Part shown: positions 49,742 through 62,679 of the stretch, piece after piece
Layout: the number at the start of each line of letters is the position of its first letter
How positions within the stretch are numbered: the first letter of the stretch is position 1
Origin: Mobula hypostoma
Taxonomy: Eukaryota
DNA: 64,000 nucleotides
NCBI RefSeq assembly: GCF_963921235.1
Contig: NC_086098.1
Coordinates: 2,728,001-2,792,000 of the forward strand
Direction: 5' to 3'
Notes under the pieces: generated by a model
What the model was told of the DNA's origin: nothing
Databases searched by the model: none
The model's input: the letters and a program-made list of their open reading frames with translations, nothing else
Position numbers and translations under genes: made by a program

Positions 49742-49786
49742 TAACCAACGTTTCGATAACACAGCCTGCCATCTTCTTCAGGGATC
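49742..49786 (-). ncRNA. Hammerhead motif with longer helix II (probably a second Penelope family)
   Basis: Minus strand ATCC-CTGAAGA-AGATGGCAGGCTGTGTTATC-GAAA-CGTT-GGTT; helix II GATGGC/GTTATC. Confidence 0.6.
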
Positions 49787-50210
49787 ATGACTGGACGTGT
49801 GTAGTCCGTCCGTCCTCATCCAGTTAGGTTTCTGCTTTCATGCTGGAGCTGGAATTCAGTTGTATACAAGTCGGGAGAGCGCAGACCTGATGTACGTATA
49901 TGTCACCATCCAGGACAGCAACAAGCAGCCATGTCTCAAAAAGGTGGCGTTCATCGATAAGGGTGAGGTCATGTCTCCGTCACCCAGGACATGACCTCTT
50001 CTTATTATTACCAGCAGGGAGAAGGTGCAGGAAGCTTCTTCCCCTCTGCCATCAGATTTCTGAATGTACATTGAACCTATGAACACGACCTTACTGCTTT
50101 TTGTTCTCTTTTTGCACGACTTATTTAATTGAAATTTTTATAGTATATATTACGGTAAGAAGTCTATACACACTTACCGTAACTTACTGTAGTGTTTCTT
50201 ATTATGTATT

Positions 50211-50445
50211 TGTGGTAAACCATGTATATATGTTGTAACTGCGTTAACTGTCTGGACATGCCCCTCCCCTCTGCTGACTGCCCCTGTGGCTCCTCCCACA
50301 GAGTCCTGTATAAAGGTGTTTCGCCTTGCCCCTCCCCCTCAGTCCGGGGGCAGACACTCACCGTGGAGGTCGTATTGTACAGCGAATAAAAGCCTTTCAG
50401 TATTTTGCCAAACCTCAGTCTTTTGGAGTAATTGAAGGTGCTTTA
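50211..50445 (+). mobile_element. Solo LTR (235 bp) inserted in a Rex1 3' UTR
   Basis: Starts TGT, ends ..GCTTTA (probably mutated CA); 5-bp duplication GTATT (50206-50210 and 50446-50450); TATAAA 50309-50314; AATAAA 50385-50390. Confidence 0.85.
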
Positions 50446-50599
50446 GTATTGCACTGCACTGCTGCTGTATAGCAACACATTTCACAACATATGCCAGTGA
50501 TAATAAACCTAATTCTGATTCATATACAACACTGAGATGTATTTTCTTGCAGGCGTACTTCATAAATCCATAGAATAATAACCATTACAGAATCAATGA

Positions 50600-50920
50600 A
50601 GTTAGTTATTTACTGCCCTTTACGCCACTGACATTTAGGGCAACAATAAAGTTCCCCCAACTCTGTCCATCTTGGCCGTATACCATTGCACACGGATATA
50701 CAGGGACACTTCATTGCTGTTTCCATTACAATTTTTTTGACCAGTCGGGATTGTTACCCCTGAGTTGAACCCCCGAACCTGGAAGACCGTTGGACCACAC
50801 TTAGTCTGGCCTCTACCCTTTGAACTGTTTGGCACGGGTGACCCTACTAAGAGCCAAAGTTCTCTGAGTCGTTGAGGCATGCAAGCCTCCAAACCTTATA
50901 ATAAGCATGTGGTCCTCTTA
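50600..50920 (-). mobile_element. RTE-derived short internally deleted element
   Basis: Minus strand: GGAGGCTTGCATGCCTC..TAGGGTCACCCGTGCCAAACAG..GGGTAGAGGCCAGACTAAG..GGGGGTT..TAACAATCCC..AAAA (RTE-like 5' UTR) fused to TGCCCTAAATGTCAGTGGCGTAAAGGGCAGTAA(A/C)TAA (RTE-like 3' end). Confidence 0.65.
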
Positions 50921-51036
50921 AGAATCAATGAAGGACTGCACCAACTTGGGAGTTCAAGCAACGTGCAAAATTCAGTGTACAATGTTCACTGTATGTTTCA
51001 TTGTACATTACGAAACCATTGCTAATCAAGTCATCA

Positions 51037-51935
51037 AAACACAAACAAGAGAAAATCTTCAGATGCCGGAAATCCAAGCAAATCACATTCAGCAGGCCAG
51101 GCAGCATCTGTGGTAAAAAGTACAGTCGATGTTTCGGGCTGAAACCCTTCAGCAGGACTGGGAAAAAAGCTGAGGAGTAGATTTGAAAGGTGGGAGGAGG
51201 CGAGAGAGAAACGCCAGGCGATAGATGAAACTTAGAGGGGTAGGGATGAAGCGAAGAGCTAGGATGTTGACTGGTGATGTCAGAGAGCTGGAGAGCAGCA
51301 GGGGTCAGAGCAGGGGAGCAGTGAGAGAGAATTTCACCAAACTCCTGTCGAAGGGAAGGTTTCGGTGATTGGGAGACTGCTTCACTGACTATCTGTGCTC
51401 CGTCCACCAGAACAAGCAAGATCTCCCAGTGGCCACTTATTTTAATTCCACTTCCCATTCCCATTCTGATATGTCTATCCATGGCCTCCTCCACTGTCGT
51501 GATAACGCCACGCTTAGGCTGGAGGAACAAAATCTTATATTACGTTTGGGTAGCTTCCAACCTGATGGCATGAACCTCAATTTCTCAAACTTCCAGTAAT
51601 GCCCCCACCCCTCCTTCACCATTTCCCATCCCCTTGACCCCCTCACATGTTATCTCCATGCCTGCCATGGAGCTCCTCCCCCCTTTTTTCTTTCTTCCAT
51701 GGCCTTCTGTCCCTTTCACCAATCAACTTCCTAGCTCTTTGCTTCATCCCTCTCCCTCTAAGTTTCACTTATCACCTGGTATTTCTCTCTCCTCCACCCG
51801 CACCTTTCAAATCTACTCCTCAGCGTTTTTTCTCCAGTCCTGCCAAAGCGTTTTGGCCTGAAACGTCGACTGTACTTTATTGCATAGATGCTGCCTGGCC
51901 TGCTGAGTTCCTCCAGCATTTTGTGTGTGTTGCTA
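51037..51935. mobile_element. Penelope-like element with inverted 5' LTR
   Basis: ORF 51369..51599 GDCFTDYLCSV..DLPVATYFNS..RLEEQNLILRLGSFQPDGMNLNFSNF; about 51085-51277 is an inverted copy of about 51716-51908. Confidence 0.9.
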
Positions 51936-54900
51936 GTCATGTCATTGTTCTAACAAGAATGAACTGATCCTAACTGTATCCAGCTGCTTATTTTGGAAGA
52001 GGAATAAAAAGTTTTTTTAATGTAAGTAAATTACCAAATACAAGATTTCTGTTTGTGTTGAAGTATGACTTGCAAGCATTCAATTGTTTATAAGATACGA
52101 TGGAATGATTTTTCTATTGATTCCAGTTCTTGCCTCTAACTGCCTGAAAGTGAAATAATCAGAGAGAATATTAGTAGTAAATTGGAAAAGCACAAAGAGA
52201 GAGCTTGGTAGAACAGCAAATTGGGGAACAAGTGAAATTTAATACAGAGAAGTATGAAGTCCTGCACTTCAGCAGAATAAACAAGGTGGGTCAATGTCGA
52301 TTAAATGGAGACACCAGACTTTCTGCAGATGCCGAAATCCAGACACACATGGAACATTGCAGGAACTTAGCAGGTCAGGCAGCATCTATGGAAAGGAATA
52401 AGCACAAGAGATTCTGCAGATGCTGAAAATCCAGAGCAACACACACAAAATGCTGGAGGATCTCAGAAGATTAGGCAGCACTTGTGGAGAGGAATAAACA
52501 GTCAACGTATCAGGCCAAGACCTTTCAACAGGTGTACAGATCTAAACATTGGGCAGGAACAGAGAGACCTGGGTGTTTAAATGCATAAATCAGAGCATAT
52601 GAGAGATGGTTATAAAAGAGATCAAGATTCTGACATTCATAATTTGATGTTTGAGTATAAAACCTGGAGAGGTATAATGAAATGATATAAAACCTGGCTA
52701 AAGCGGGGAGTAATGCATTGTATCCCATCCCTCACCATCTGTACGTTCTCCCTGTGACAGTGTCCGTTTCTTCTGAATGCTCCTGTTTCCTCCCACATGG
52801 CAAACATGAACAGCCTAGGGTTAGTAAATTGTGGGCATGCTATGTTGACGTTGGAAGCAAGACAACACTTGCGAGATCCACCCAGTACATCCTTGTACTG
52901 GACACAAACAATGCTCTGTTTGTTTCCATGTACATGTGACAAATAAAGCTAATCTTTATTTATTCACTTATTGAGATAAAGTGTGGAGTAGATACCTCAA
53001 ATTGTTCTGCCCAGCAATCTCTCAGTTTTACTTGAGCCTAATCACAGGACACTTACAATGACCAAATAACCTATCAACCAGTATGTTTTTGGACTATGGG
53101 AGGAAATCAGAGCACCCGGAGGAAACCCATCCAGTCACGGGGATTACATACAAACTCCTTACAGGCAGCAGTGGGTATTGAACCTGGGTCGCTGGTACTG
53201 TGAAATATTGTGCTAACCACTATGCTACTGAGCTGCTCCTTAAACTGTCTACACGGAGTCTCTGAGAATCAATGCCAGTGTCCTCTCCCAGAATAATATC
53301 CCCATAACCAAGGCCCTAATTACACACAAGCAGCTATATAGAGCAGACCATGTCATCTGCTTACCTACGACTAGACTCCCACAACAAGCAGGCATTTGGT
53401 AGAGTCATAGAGAAGTACAGCACAGAAGCAGGCCCTTCAGCCCATCTAGTCCATTTCAACTGCCTACTCCCATCGACCTGCTCTCCATATCTCTACTATC
53501 CATGTACCTATCCAAACCTCTTTTGAGCATTGAAATGGAGCTGGCATACACCACTTGTGCTGGCAGCTCATTCCACACTCTCACCACCCTCAGAGTGAAG
53601 AAGGTTCCCCTCATGGTATATGATATTGGAAAAGATTATCAATCAGAATGAAGAAAAGCTTCCTTCAAAAGTTCAGCATCTCAACCAATTAGAGTCCATA
53701 AGATCATAAGGTATAGGAGCAGAAGTAGGCCATTTGGCCCAATGCGTCTGCTTTGTCATTCAATCATGGGCGGATCCATTTCCATTCATCCCCACTCCCC
53801 TGCCTTCTCCCCATACCCTTTGATGCCCTGGCTGATGAAGTCATAGAGTCATAGAGCACTACAGCATAGAAACAGGATTATCAGCCAGTCTAGGCCTTTC
53901 ACGGGCACCTCTGGCTCTTGACCATTCAAAGTGGGTGGAGCTCAAGTTGGCTCCAGAGGGCGACTTCTCCCAGCGCATTAGTGAAACAGTTAAATTATTC
54001 CAATTCTAATGTCTCTATTTTCCTTTTCAGGGCGGCTGGAGCCCTATTAGGATCTTTGAAGAGAAAAACTGTAGTTCTGCACAGCGGCATGTTCCCGCAC
54101 TCGCCATTCAGCCGCGTTTCAGAATGTCCAGATGCGGCCTGAAGCTGGGCGACTTTGGGGCCTTGCTCGGCCCTGTGGGCATGAATCCTCACTGGTGTCG
54201 CAAACTGAAATGTAGCAGCAGCCGGAATATCAAAGACAACGAGAGCGGCTGTCAGAGGTCTCTGCACTCATTATCGATGCCTATCTCTCTCTATATTGAG
54301 GAAGAGTTTGTTTCCGATTCTTGAATCAGGGAACTCAAGATGAAAAGCAATGCCTCAGATTGACTGTAACATCGAAGAAGCAATGTTTGTCTCCCCTCTT
54401 GCTGTGGAAGGAGTGATATCTGTCTCTCCCTTATTAGTGAGAGAGAGAGTCTGATGGATGTTGAACTGTTGGAATGAACAGTTACTCTTAGATGGACTGA
54501 AGACCCGCTGTCTCTTTGGAGCTTTGTCGTCGTTGGCATGGTGGGTGGTGGGAATGCTAGAATAAGTCCGGGGGCGGAGGGGGGAGGGAGTGTTGATGCT
54601 GCTCACTGTTGCTTCTGTGTGGGAGGTGAGGGGGCTTACATCTTTCCTGTCATTCAGTCTTTGGGGTTTTTCTTCTGTTTTGAGGATGTCTGCAGAGAGT
54701 GAGAATTTTAGGTTGTATATCGTACATATTCTCTGCTGGTAAATGGAACAATTGAACTATTAAAGTGAAGCTGAGGCATTCAGGATGCTGTTCAGAACCT
54801 TGGGTCTGTGTCACAAGAGATTTTGTAGACGCTGGACATGGTGAGCATTCTGGAGGAAGCAGGCTGAGGCTCAAAATGCTGACTGCTCATTTCCCTCCGA

Positions 54901-55776
54901 GGATGATGCCTGACCTGTTGAGTTCCTTCAGCATCTTCGAAGTTCAAAGTAAATTTATTTTTGAAATATGTGTACATCACCATAGACAACCCGGAGATTC
55001 ACTTTCTTGTGGGCATTCACAGGAAGAACAGAGAAACACAATACAATCAATGAAAAAGCACACACGACAAGATGGACAAGCAGCCAGTGTACAAAAGACA
55101 ACAAACTGTGCAAACACAAAAAGGAAAAAAAACAAGGAAAATAATGATCGTAAATAAATAAGCAACAGCATGAGAGAAGAGTTCTTGAAAGTGAGTTCAT
55201 AGTTTGTGGGAACAGTTCAGTGTTGAGGTGAGCGAAGTTGAGTGAATTTATCGCCTTTGGTTTAAGAGCCTGATGACTGAGGGAAATAACTGTTCCTGAA
55301 CCTGGTGGTGTAGGCCCTGAGGCTCCTGTACCCTCTCCCTGATTGCAGCAGTGAGAAGAGAGCATGGCATAGATTATGGGGGTCCAGTAACAGCACTCCG
55401 TGAAGACATGCTCAGTAGTAGGGAGGACTTTACCCATCTTGGATCCATGCATTCGGAACACACAAAATCCTGCGTAAATGCTGGAAAGATCTCAGCAGGT
55501 CCCATGTGCTCCATAAGAATCTTCCTACCCCACAGAAACTATTGTGGAAGCAAAGCATTCTTAATCTCAAGGGACCACCGACAAAAGGGACATCAGATTA
55601 TTCCAGAGCCGGCCAAGTCAATTGATTCAAAAGTTCAAAGTAAATTTATTATCAAAGTAAATATATGTCACCATATACTGCCCTGAGATTCATTCCTTAT
55701 GGACGTTCGTGGTAGATACAAAGAAACATAGTAGAGTCAATAAAAAGCTATACATAAACAAGAAACAACCGCTGGC

Positions 55777-56494
55777 AAGATGGTGCCAGTGACCAGAGTT
55801 GATATTTTACAAACAGTTCGGACCATCACGTCTGCTCTGCCATTTCATCATGGCTGATCCAATTTTCCTCTCAGTCCCGATCTCTGCCTTCCACCACACC
55901 CCCCATCCCTTCATACCCTGGCCATGCCCTGACAATACTATTTCTTCTGAACTGTGATCGTCTGTAATTTTCCTTTTAAGGATGTACTGTTGAACCAAAC
56001 ATTTGATCTGACACTTTGGTGATCTCCTGGAGGATTTTGTGAACTAGACTCTCGAGAGTGCAGTTACAGCCAGGGTGGTCATCGCTAGGGGCGGACACTA
56101 CGTCGAGGCCTGATAGAGCAAGATGCACCCATGTGCCGATTAAGGTGTCAAGTAAGATTAGAACCGTGGAGGGTGAGATTCAGTGCCATCTTCCTGCTTT
56201 TCTCCATTCTCCCTATCAGTTTACTACCACTGTTGGGCGAGAGTCTTGGGTCTCACTCCGCCTGGTCTGGAAGCAGTTGTCACCATGCAGCCATGGGGCT
56301 CCTGGATGAGCTTCACTTCCCTCAGCACTGAAAGATTTCTGCTGTTATTTTGTACATTCGGTGCTTGACGGTTTTTGTTATGTGTGTACTTTTAATGAGT
56401 TCTATTCTGCTTCTTTGCTGTGCGGCTGCCTGTAAGGGGATGAATCTCAAGGCTGTATACCGTATACATACTCTGGTAATAAATGTACTTTGAA
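55777..56494 (+). mobile_element. Non-coding retroelement (5' AAGATGGTGCC, Rex1-type 3' tail) containing a CR1 tail at about 55810-55930
   Basis: Ends GGCTGCCTGTAAG..AATCTCAAGG..AATAAATGTACTTTGAA; splits a minus-strand Rex1 remnant (about 55620-55770 and 56495-56800). Confidence 0.6.
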
Positions 56495-58544
56495 TGTTGA
56501 GTCTGTGAAAGTGAAGCTGTGTTCGATGATCTGTTCAGCAGCCTGAATGGCTGTTCCTGAACCTGGTAGTGTGGGATCTAAGGCCCCAGCACTACCTTCC
56601 CAACGGCAGCAGCAAGAAGAGAGCATGGCCTGGATGCAGGGAGTGACAGATGCTGCCTTTGTGTGGCAGCACACCTTATAGATGTGCTCAATGGTGGGGA
56701 GCATTTTGCCTGTGATGGACTGAGCCGTATTCACCACGTTCTGTACACTCTGCATTTGTGTTTCCATACCAGGGCGTGATGCAACCAGTCAGGAATTCTC
56801 CAGTGTGAAGCCCAATGGGGATTTTGATTCTTTTTTTGTGTTACTCTGTAATGTTGTAGGTGTGAGATGGCTGGCATCCAATCCCACTTAATTGGTGGTC
56901 TGTGACTCAGAGAGATGAAGCAAGTATCATATGTTCTTAGACAGAAGGTGATCCATATGTAAAACTACTTTTCAGCCAAGTTCACGATTCTCTCTAGTAT
57001 ACTTCTCACTTCCTTCAAATAATGGGAGATTCAAACTTTTCTTCTGATATACAATTCATTCATCATTAACAACAGTATTCTCAGCATAGGAAAGTTGATT
57101 AGAAGCCTTTTTTTCAGATAATACATGCATAACTGTAAAGGGGGCAGAAATCAAGAGCAGGAGCATCTCCTAAACCAAATGCTTCCATGTCAGTTTTAGG
57201 TTTTGTTTCAGACCATAAGACCCAGGAGCAGAATTAGGCCAATAAATGTACTTTAATCCTTTAAATCTTTGAACATTAGTTACAAAATGATAAATATATT
57301 TCTCATTTAATTAAGAGTTTACTTATCAGAAAAGGAACTTGATACTTGACCCCAAAGTACGCTCCTCACTCGCCCACACCCCAAGCAAACTTGGCTTCAT
57401 CCTGTTTGCCTGCTAGCTGTTGCTTATCTGTGCTTTTTCTCTTTGGAGCAAAGGAGGATGAGAGGTGACGATGGAGGTGTACAAGATGATAAAAGGCGTA
57501 AAGTGAGTGGACAGCCAGCATGTTTTTTCCCGGGGGAAGGTGTTTGGAGGAAGGTATAGGGGATGTCAGGGGGTGGCAGGTGTGTGAAACGTCCTGTCAG
57601 GGTGGTGGTAGAGGCAGATACATTAGGGATAATTAACAGACTCTTAGGTAGACACATGGATAAAAGAAGAATGGACGATTATGTGGGAGGAACTCAGCAA
57701 TAGCATCTATGAAGAGCAATAAACACTCCTGATGAAGTCCTGATAAAGGGTCTTTGCCCAAAACATCAACTATTTATTCCTCTCCATAGATCTGCCTGAC
57801 CTGCTGAGTTTCTCCCGCATTTTGTGTGTGTTACTTTGGACTTCCAGCATCTGTACAATCTCTTGTGTTTGTGACTATGTGGGACGGAAGGGTTAGATTT
57901 CTCTTCGAGTATGTTAAGGGTCGGCACAACACCATGGGCTGAAGGGCCTTTACTGTGCTGGAATGTTCTATGTTCAATATTCCAAATATAAATACAGATT
58001 GTTGTTGTTGAGCCTGATTTAGTTATCATCTCAAGGTATATTTTGAGTAAACACCATTGGATAGATAAGATACTGAAGTCCTAACCTGCCTTCTATCTTT
58101 GAAACAGTTGAGGTTAATTACCAAGAACACAGTTGCAACCTGTAACTTGATGTTCATTAGATAAGATGAGCTAAGTAGGCAGTTAAGACATTTGGAGCCA
58201 GAAATATATCGCAGAAATCCCAGGCTCACAATGCTAATTATATCCTTTTGATCTGATGCGTGACATCCTACTTTACCATTCTAGACTGACCAGCTGTACA
58301 ATCAAAGAAACATTAATCAAAATCATATTCAGCATATTTGCCAATGAAATATTGCATTAATACTTCCACGTAAATTCATCAAATTTCAAACACTTAAGAA
58401 CGTCCTGATAATAAATGCCCTATTAAAACATTCTTACGTTAAGTCTTCCCACGGGAGAGTAGCAGTTAGCAGGATGCTATTTGTCGGAGTTCAGAGTTCA
58501 GTTCTGGGGTCATTGTAAAAACATTTGTACACATCACTGATAAT

Positions 58545-59050
58545 CTTACCTGGACTGTATACACCGGCTGTGTGGCAAAATAAGCACGACAGCGCCTCTC
58601 CCAGTTCAAGTGACCGAAAGAAGTTTGGCATGGACCCCCAAATCGTAAAGGTCTTCTACAGTGGCACCATTGAGAGCATCCTGACTGGCTGTATCACTGC
58701 CTGGTACGGGAACTGCATCGACCTTGATCGCTGGGCACTGCAGAGAGTGGTATGGACAGCCCAACATCCCTCCGTTGAGGACATTTATAACAGCAGGTAC
58801 GTAAAGAAGGTCTGGAAGATCATTGGGGACACCAGTCACCCCAACCTTAAACTGTTTCAGCTGCTTCCGTCTGGCAAATGGTATTGGACCATTAAAGCCA
58901 GCACCAACAGGCTACAGGACAGCTTCTTTCTGCAAGCCCTTAGAAATTTAAATTCACATGTCTGTACATTACGACGGAATCATAACGCAAAGATTTTTAA
59001 TCCCTCACGTTGTGGGATGGATGCAAGATTTAAATAAATTCTGATTCCAA
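58545..59050 (+). mobile_element. Rex1/Babar 3' fragment inside a V-SINE
   Basis: ORF 58525..59037 KFGMDPQIVKVFYSGTIESILTGCITAWYG..LLPSGK..RLQDSFF. Confidence 0.85.
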
Positions 59051-59311
59051 TTCTAATTATCATTGCAAATTGCCCTGTGTTTAGGCTAGCGTTAAGTAGG
59101 TGGTTTGCTGGGCGCTGCTGCTCGTTGGTCCAGAAGGACCAGTTACCGTGGTGAATCATAACTAAGTAAATAAATAAAAATAGATGAGTTTGAAGGGAGG
59201 GTGGCAATGGGGCCCAACTGAGTTTAAAGAGGACGCCGGGAATGTCACTGTGTAAGATGGGTGCTGATCCATGGGGATTTCCGAACAATCGGATAGCCAG
59301 TTGTTGGAGTT

Positions 59312-60110
59312 AGACCATGAGACCATAAGATATAGGAGCAGAAGTAGGCCATTCAGCACATCGAGTCTGCTCCGCCATTCAATCATGGACTGATCCAATT
59401 CTTCCAGTCATCCCCACTCCCCTGCCTTCGCCCGATACCCTTTGATGCCCTAACTAATCAAGAACATATCTGTCTTTGCCTTAAATACACCCAATGACTT
59501 GGCTCCACAGCTGCTTGTGGCAACAAATTCCACAGATTTACCACCCTCTGACTAAAGTAATTTCTCCACATCTCTGTTCTAAATGGACGTCCTTCAATTC
59601 TGAAGGCATGCATTCTTGTCTTAGACTCCCCTACCATGCGAAATAACTTTGTCATATCCAATCTGTTCAAGCCTTTTACATTTGGAATGTTTCTATGAGA
59701 TTCCCCCTCATTCTCCTGAACTCCGGGGAATACAGCCCAAGAGTTGCCAGATGTTTTCATTCCTGGAATCAATCTCATGAATCTTCTCTGAACCCTCTCC
59801 AATGTCAGTATATTCTTTCTAAAATAAGAAGCCCAAAACTGCACACAATACTCCAAGTGTGGTCTCACGAGTGCCTTATAGAGCATCAACATCACATCCC
59901 TGCTCTTATATTCTGTACCTCCAGAAATGAATGCCAACATTCCATTCGCCTTCTTCACCACTGACTCAACCTGGAGGTTAAACTTTAGAATATCCTGCAC
60001 AAGGACTCCCAAGTCTCTTTGCATCTCTGCATTTTGAATTCTCTCCCCATCAAAATTATAGTCTGCCCATTTATTTCTTCCACCGAAGTGCATGACCATA
60101 CACTTTTCAA
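59312..60110 (-). mobile_element. CR1 3' fragment
   Basis: ORF 59458..60324 QRDLGVLVQD..LYKALVRPHLEYCVQFW..YFSQRVVNLWN; CR1 tail. Confidence 0.92.
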
Positions 60111-61510
60111 CCTCCGGAAACTGGAGCGGCTGAAGGAAACGCAGTTGAATGGTGGAGTGAGCTTGAAGGACGAATAGAGACAGCATGGTAGCATAATGGT
60201 AAAAATATCGCTCTACATCTCCAGCGATCACTAGATACAGTTCAATTCCCACTGCCGTCCGTACACTCACCCTGTGACTCTGTGACCACATGGGTTTCCT
60301 CCAAATGCTCCAGATTTCTCCCACATCCCAAGGTTGTACGGTTTAGAGCTGGTAAGCTGTGGTCAGCTGTGTTGGTGCCAGAAGTGTGGCAAAACTTGTA
60401 GGCTGTCCCCGGCTGCCTCGCTGATTTGATTTGGCGCTAATCAACACCTTTCACTGTACGTCTCAATGTTTTTATATACATGTGACACATAAAGCTAATC
60501 TTCAATCTTGCTCTGCAGTTTGGTGTCTCTATATTTCTATTGAAGTATTTGCTGTCAGGAGAACTTTCAGGAGCAGTTATCAACATGAATCAATTTAGGC
60601 CAATGGCTAGCTTTTGTTTGGTTACTTTGATGTCTTGGTGACATAAAGAGATGCTAATCTTGTCTGGATTTTGAATTAAGGTACATCATGCATGGACTGG
60701 GCTAGATACAAAACCAAAGAACAAATTACTTTCCCTCAGGCGTCTAAGAACTTCTCTTCTGAAAGCAGCCTTGTCTCTGCTTCTTTTCTCTATACCAGGC
60801 ATGGCTTCCAGATCATAATGTATCAGAATTACATATCGCATGCTGGTGATAATAAACCTGATTCTTATTCTGAATCTGAATCAGGTTTTATATCACTGGT
60901 AGATGTTGTGAAATTTATTGTTTTGCAGCAGTACAGTGGTACACTAAATCATTTTAAAAACTATAAATTACAATAAAGTTCAAAGTAAATTGATTATCAA
61001 TGTACATATATGTTACTAGATACAACCCTAAGATTCGTTTTCTTGTTGGCATACTCAATAAATCCATTATAGAATAATAACCATAATAGAATCAATGAAA
61101 GACCGCACCCAATGGGTGTTCAACCAGTGAGCAAAAGACAGCAAACTGTGCAAATAGAATAAGAAAAAAATAATAATAGTAATAAATAAATAAGCAATAA
61201 ATATTGAGGACATGAGATGAAGAGTCCTTGAAAGTGGGTCCATAGGTTGTGGGAACATTTCAGTGATGGGGCAGGTGAAGTTGAATGAAGATATCGCCTG
61301 ATGGTTGAGGGCGATAACTGTTCCTGAACCTGGTGCTACAAGTCCTGAGGCTTCTGTACCTTGTTCCTGACAGCAGCAGTGAGAAGACAGAATGGCTTGA
61401 GTGGTGGGGGTCTCTGATGATTAATGCTGCTTTCCTGTGACAACACTCTGTAAATGTGCTCAATGCTGGGGACATTGAGCACATAATATATAAGAAATAA
61501 ATGTTTACAA

Positions 61511-62679
61511 CGTCCCGCATGGGAGGTTAGTTAGGAAAATTCAGTCGCTAGGTATACATGGAGAGGAGGTAAATTGGATTAGCCATTGGCTCAATGGAAG
61601 AAGCCAAAGAGCGGTAGTAGAGAATTGCTTCTCTGAGTGGAGGCCTGTGACTAGTGGTGTGCCACAGGGATCAGTGCTGGGTCCATTGTTATTTGTCATC
61701 TATATCAATGATCTGGATGATAATGTGGTAAATTTGATCAGCAAATTTGCTGATGATACAAAGATTGGAGGTGTAGTAGACAGTGAGGAAGGTTTTCAGA
61801 GCCTGCAGAGGGACTTGGACCAGCTGGAAAAATGGGCTGAAAAATGGCAGATGGAGTTTAATACTGACAAGTGTGAGGTATTGCACGTTGGAAGGACAAA
61901 CCAAGGTAGAACATACAGGGTTAATGGTAAGGCACTGAGGAGTGCAGTGGAACAGAGGGATCTGGGAATACAGATACAAAATTCCCTAAGAGTGTCGTCA
62001 CAGGTAGATAGGGTTGTAAAGAGAGGTTTTGGTACATTGGCCTTTATTAATCGAAGTATTGAGTATAAGAGCTGGAATGTTATGATGAGGTTGTATAAGG
62101 CATTGGTGAGGCCGAATCTGGAGTATTGTGTTCAGTTTTGGTCACCAAATTACGGGAAGGATATAAATAAGGTTGAAAGAGTGCAGAGAAGGTTTACAAG
62201 GATGTTGCCGGGACTTGAGAAACTCAGTTACAGAGAAAGGTTGAATAGGTTAGGACTTTATTCCCTGGAGCGTAGAAGAATGAGGGGAGATTTGATAGAG
62301 GTATATAAAAATATGATGGGTATAGATAGAGTGAATGCAAGCAGGCTTTTTCCACTGAGGCAAGGGGAGAAAAAAAACCAGAGGACATGGGTTAAGGGTG
62401 AGGGGGGAAAAGTTTAAAGGGAACATTGGTGGGGGGGCTTCTTCACACAGAGACACAGAGAGTGGTGGGAGTATGGAATGAGCTGCCAGATGAGGTGGTA
62501 AATGTGGGTTCTTTTTTAACATTTAAGAATAAATTGGACAGATACATGGATGGGAGGTGTATGGAGGGATATGGTCCGTGTGCAGGTCAGTGGGACTAGG
62601 CAGAAACTGGTTCGGCACAGCCAAGAAGGGCCAAAAGGCCTGTTTCTGTGCTGTAGTGTCTATGGTTCTATGGTTTCTA
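61511..62679 (+). mobile_element. CR1 LINE, 5'-truncated RT and C-terminus
   Basis: ORF 61647..62417 TSGVPQGSVLGPLLFVIYINDL..KFADD..LVRPNLEYCVQFWSP; (CTATGGTT)n tail. Confidence 0.96.

Noticed and set aside
50925..51530. 201-aa minus-strand ORF
   Set aside because: Antisense and read-through translation of Penelope GIY-YIG and LTR sequence
61647..62417. Intact 256-aa reverse transcriptase gene
   Set aside because: A 5'-truncated CR1 lacking the endonuclease and N-terminal RT, and frameshifted at the A-run near 62370
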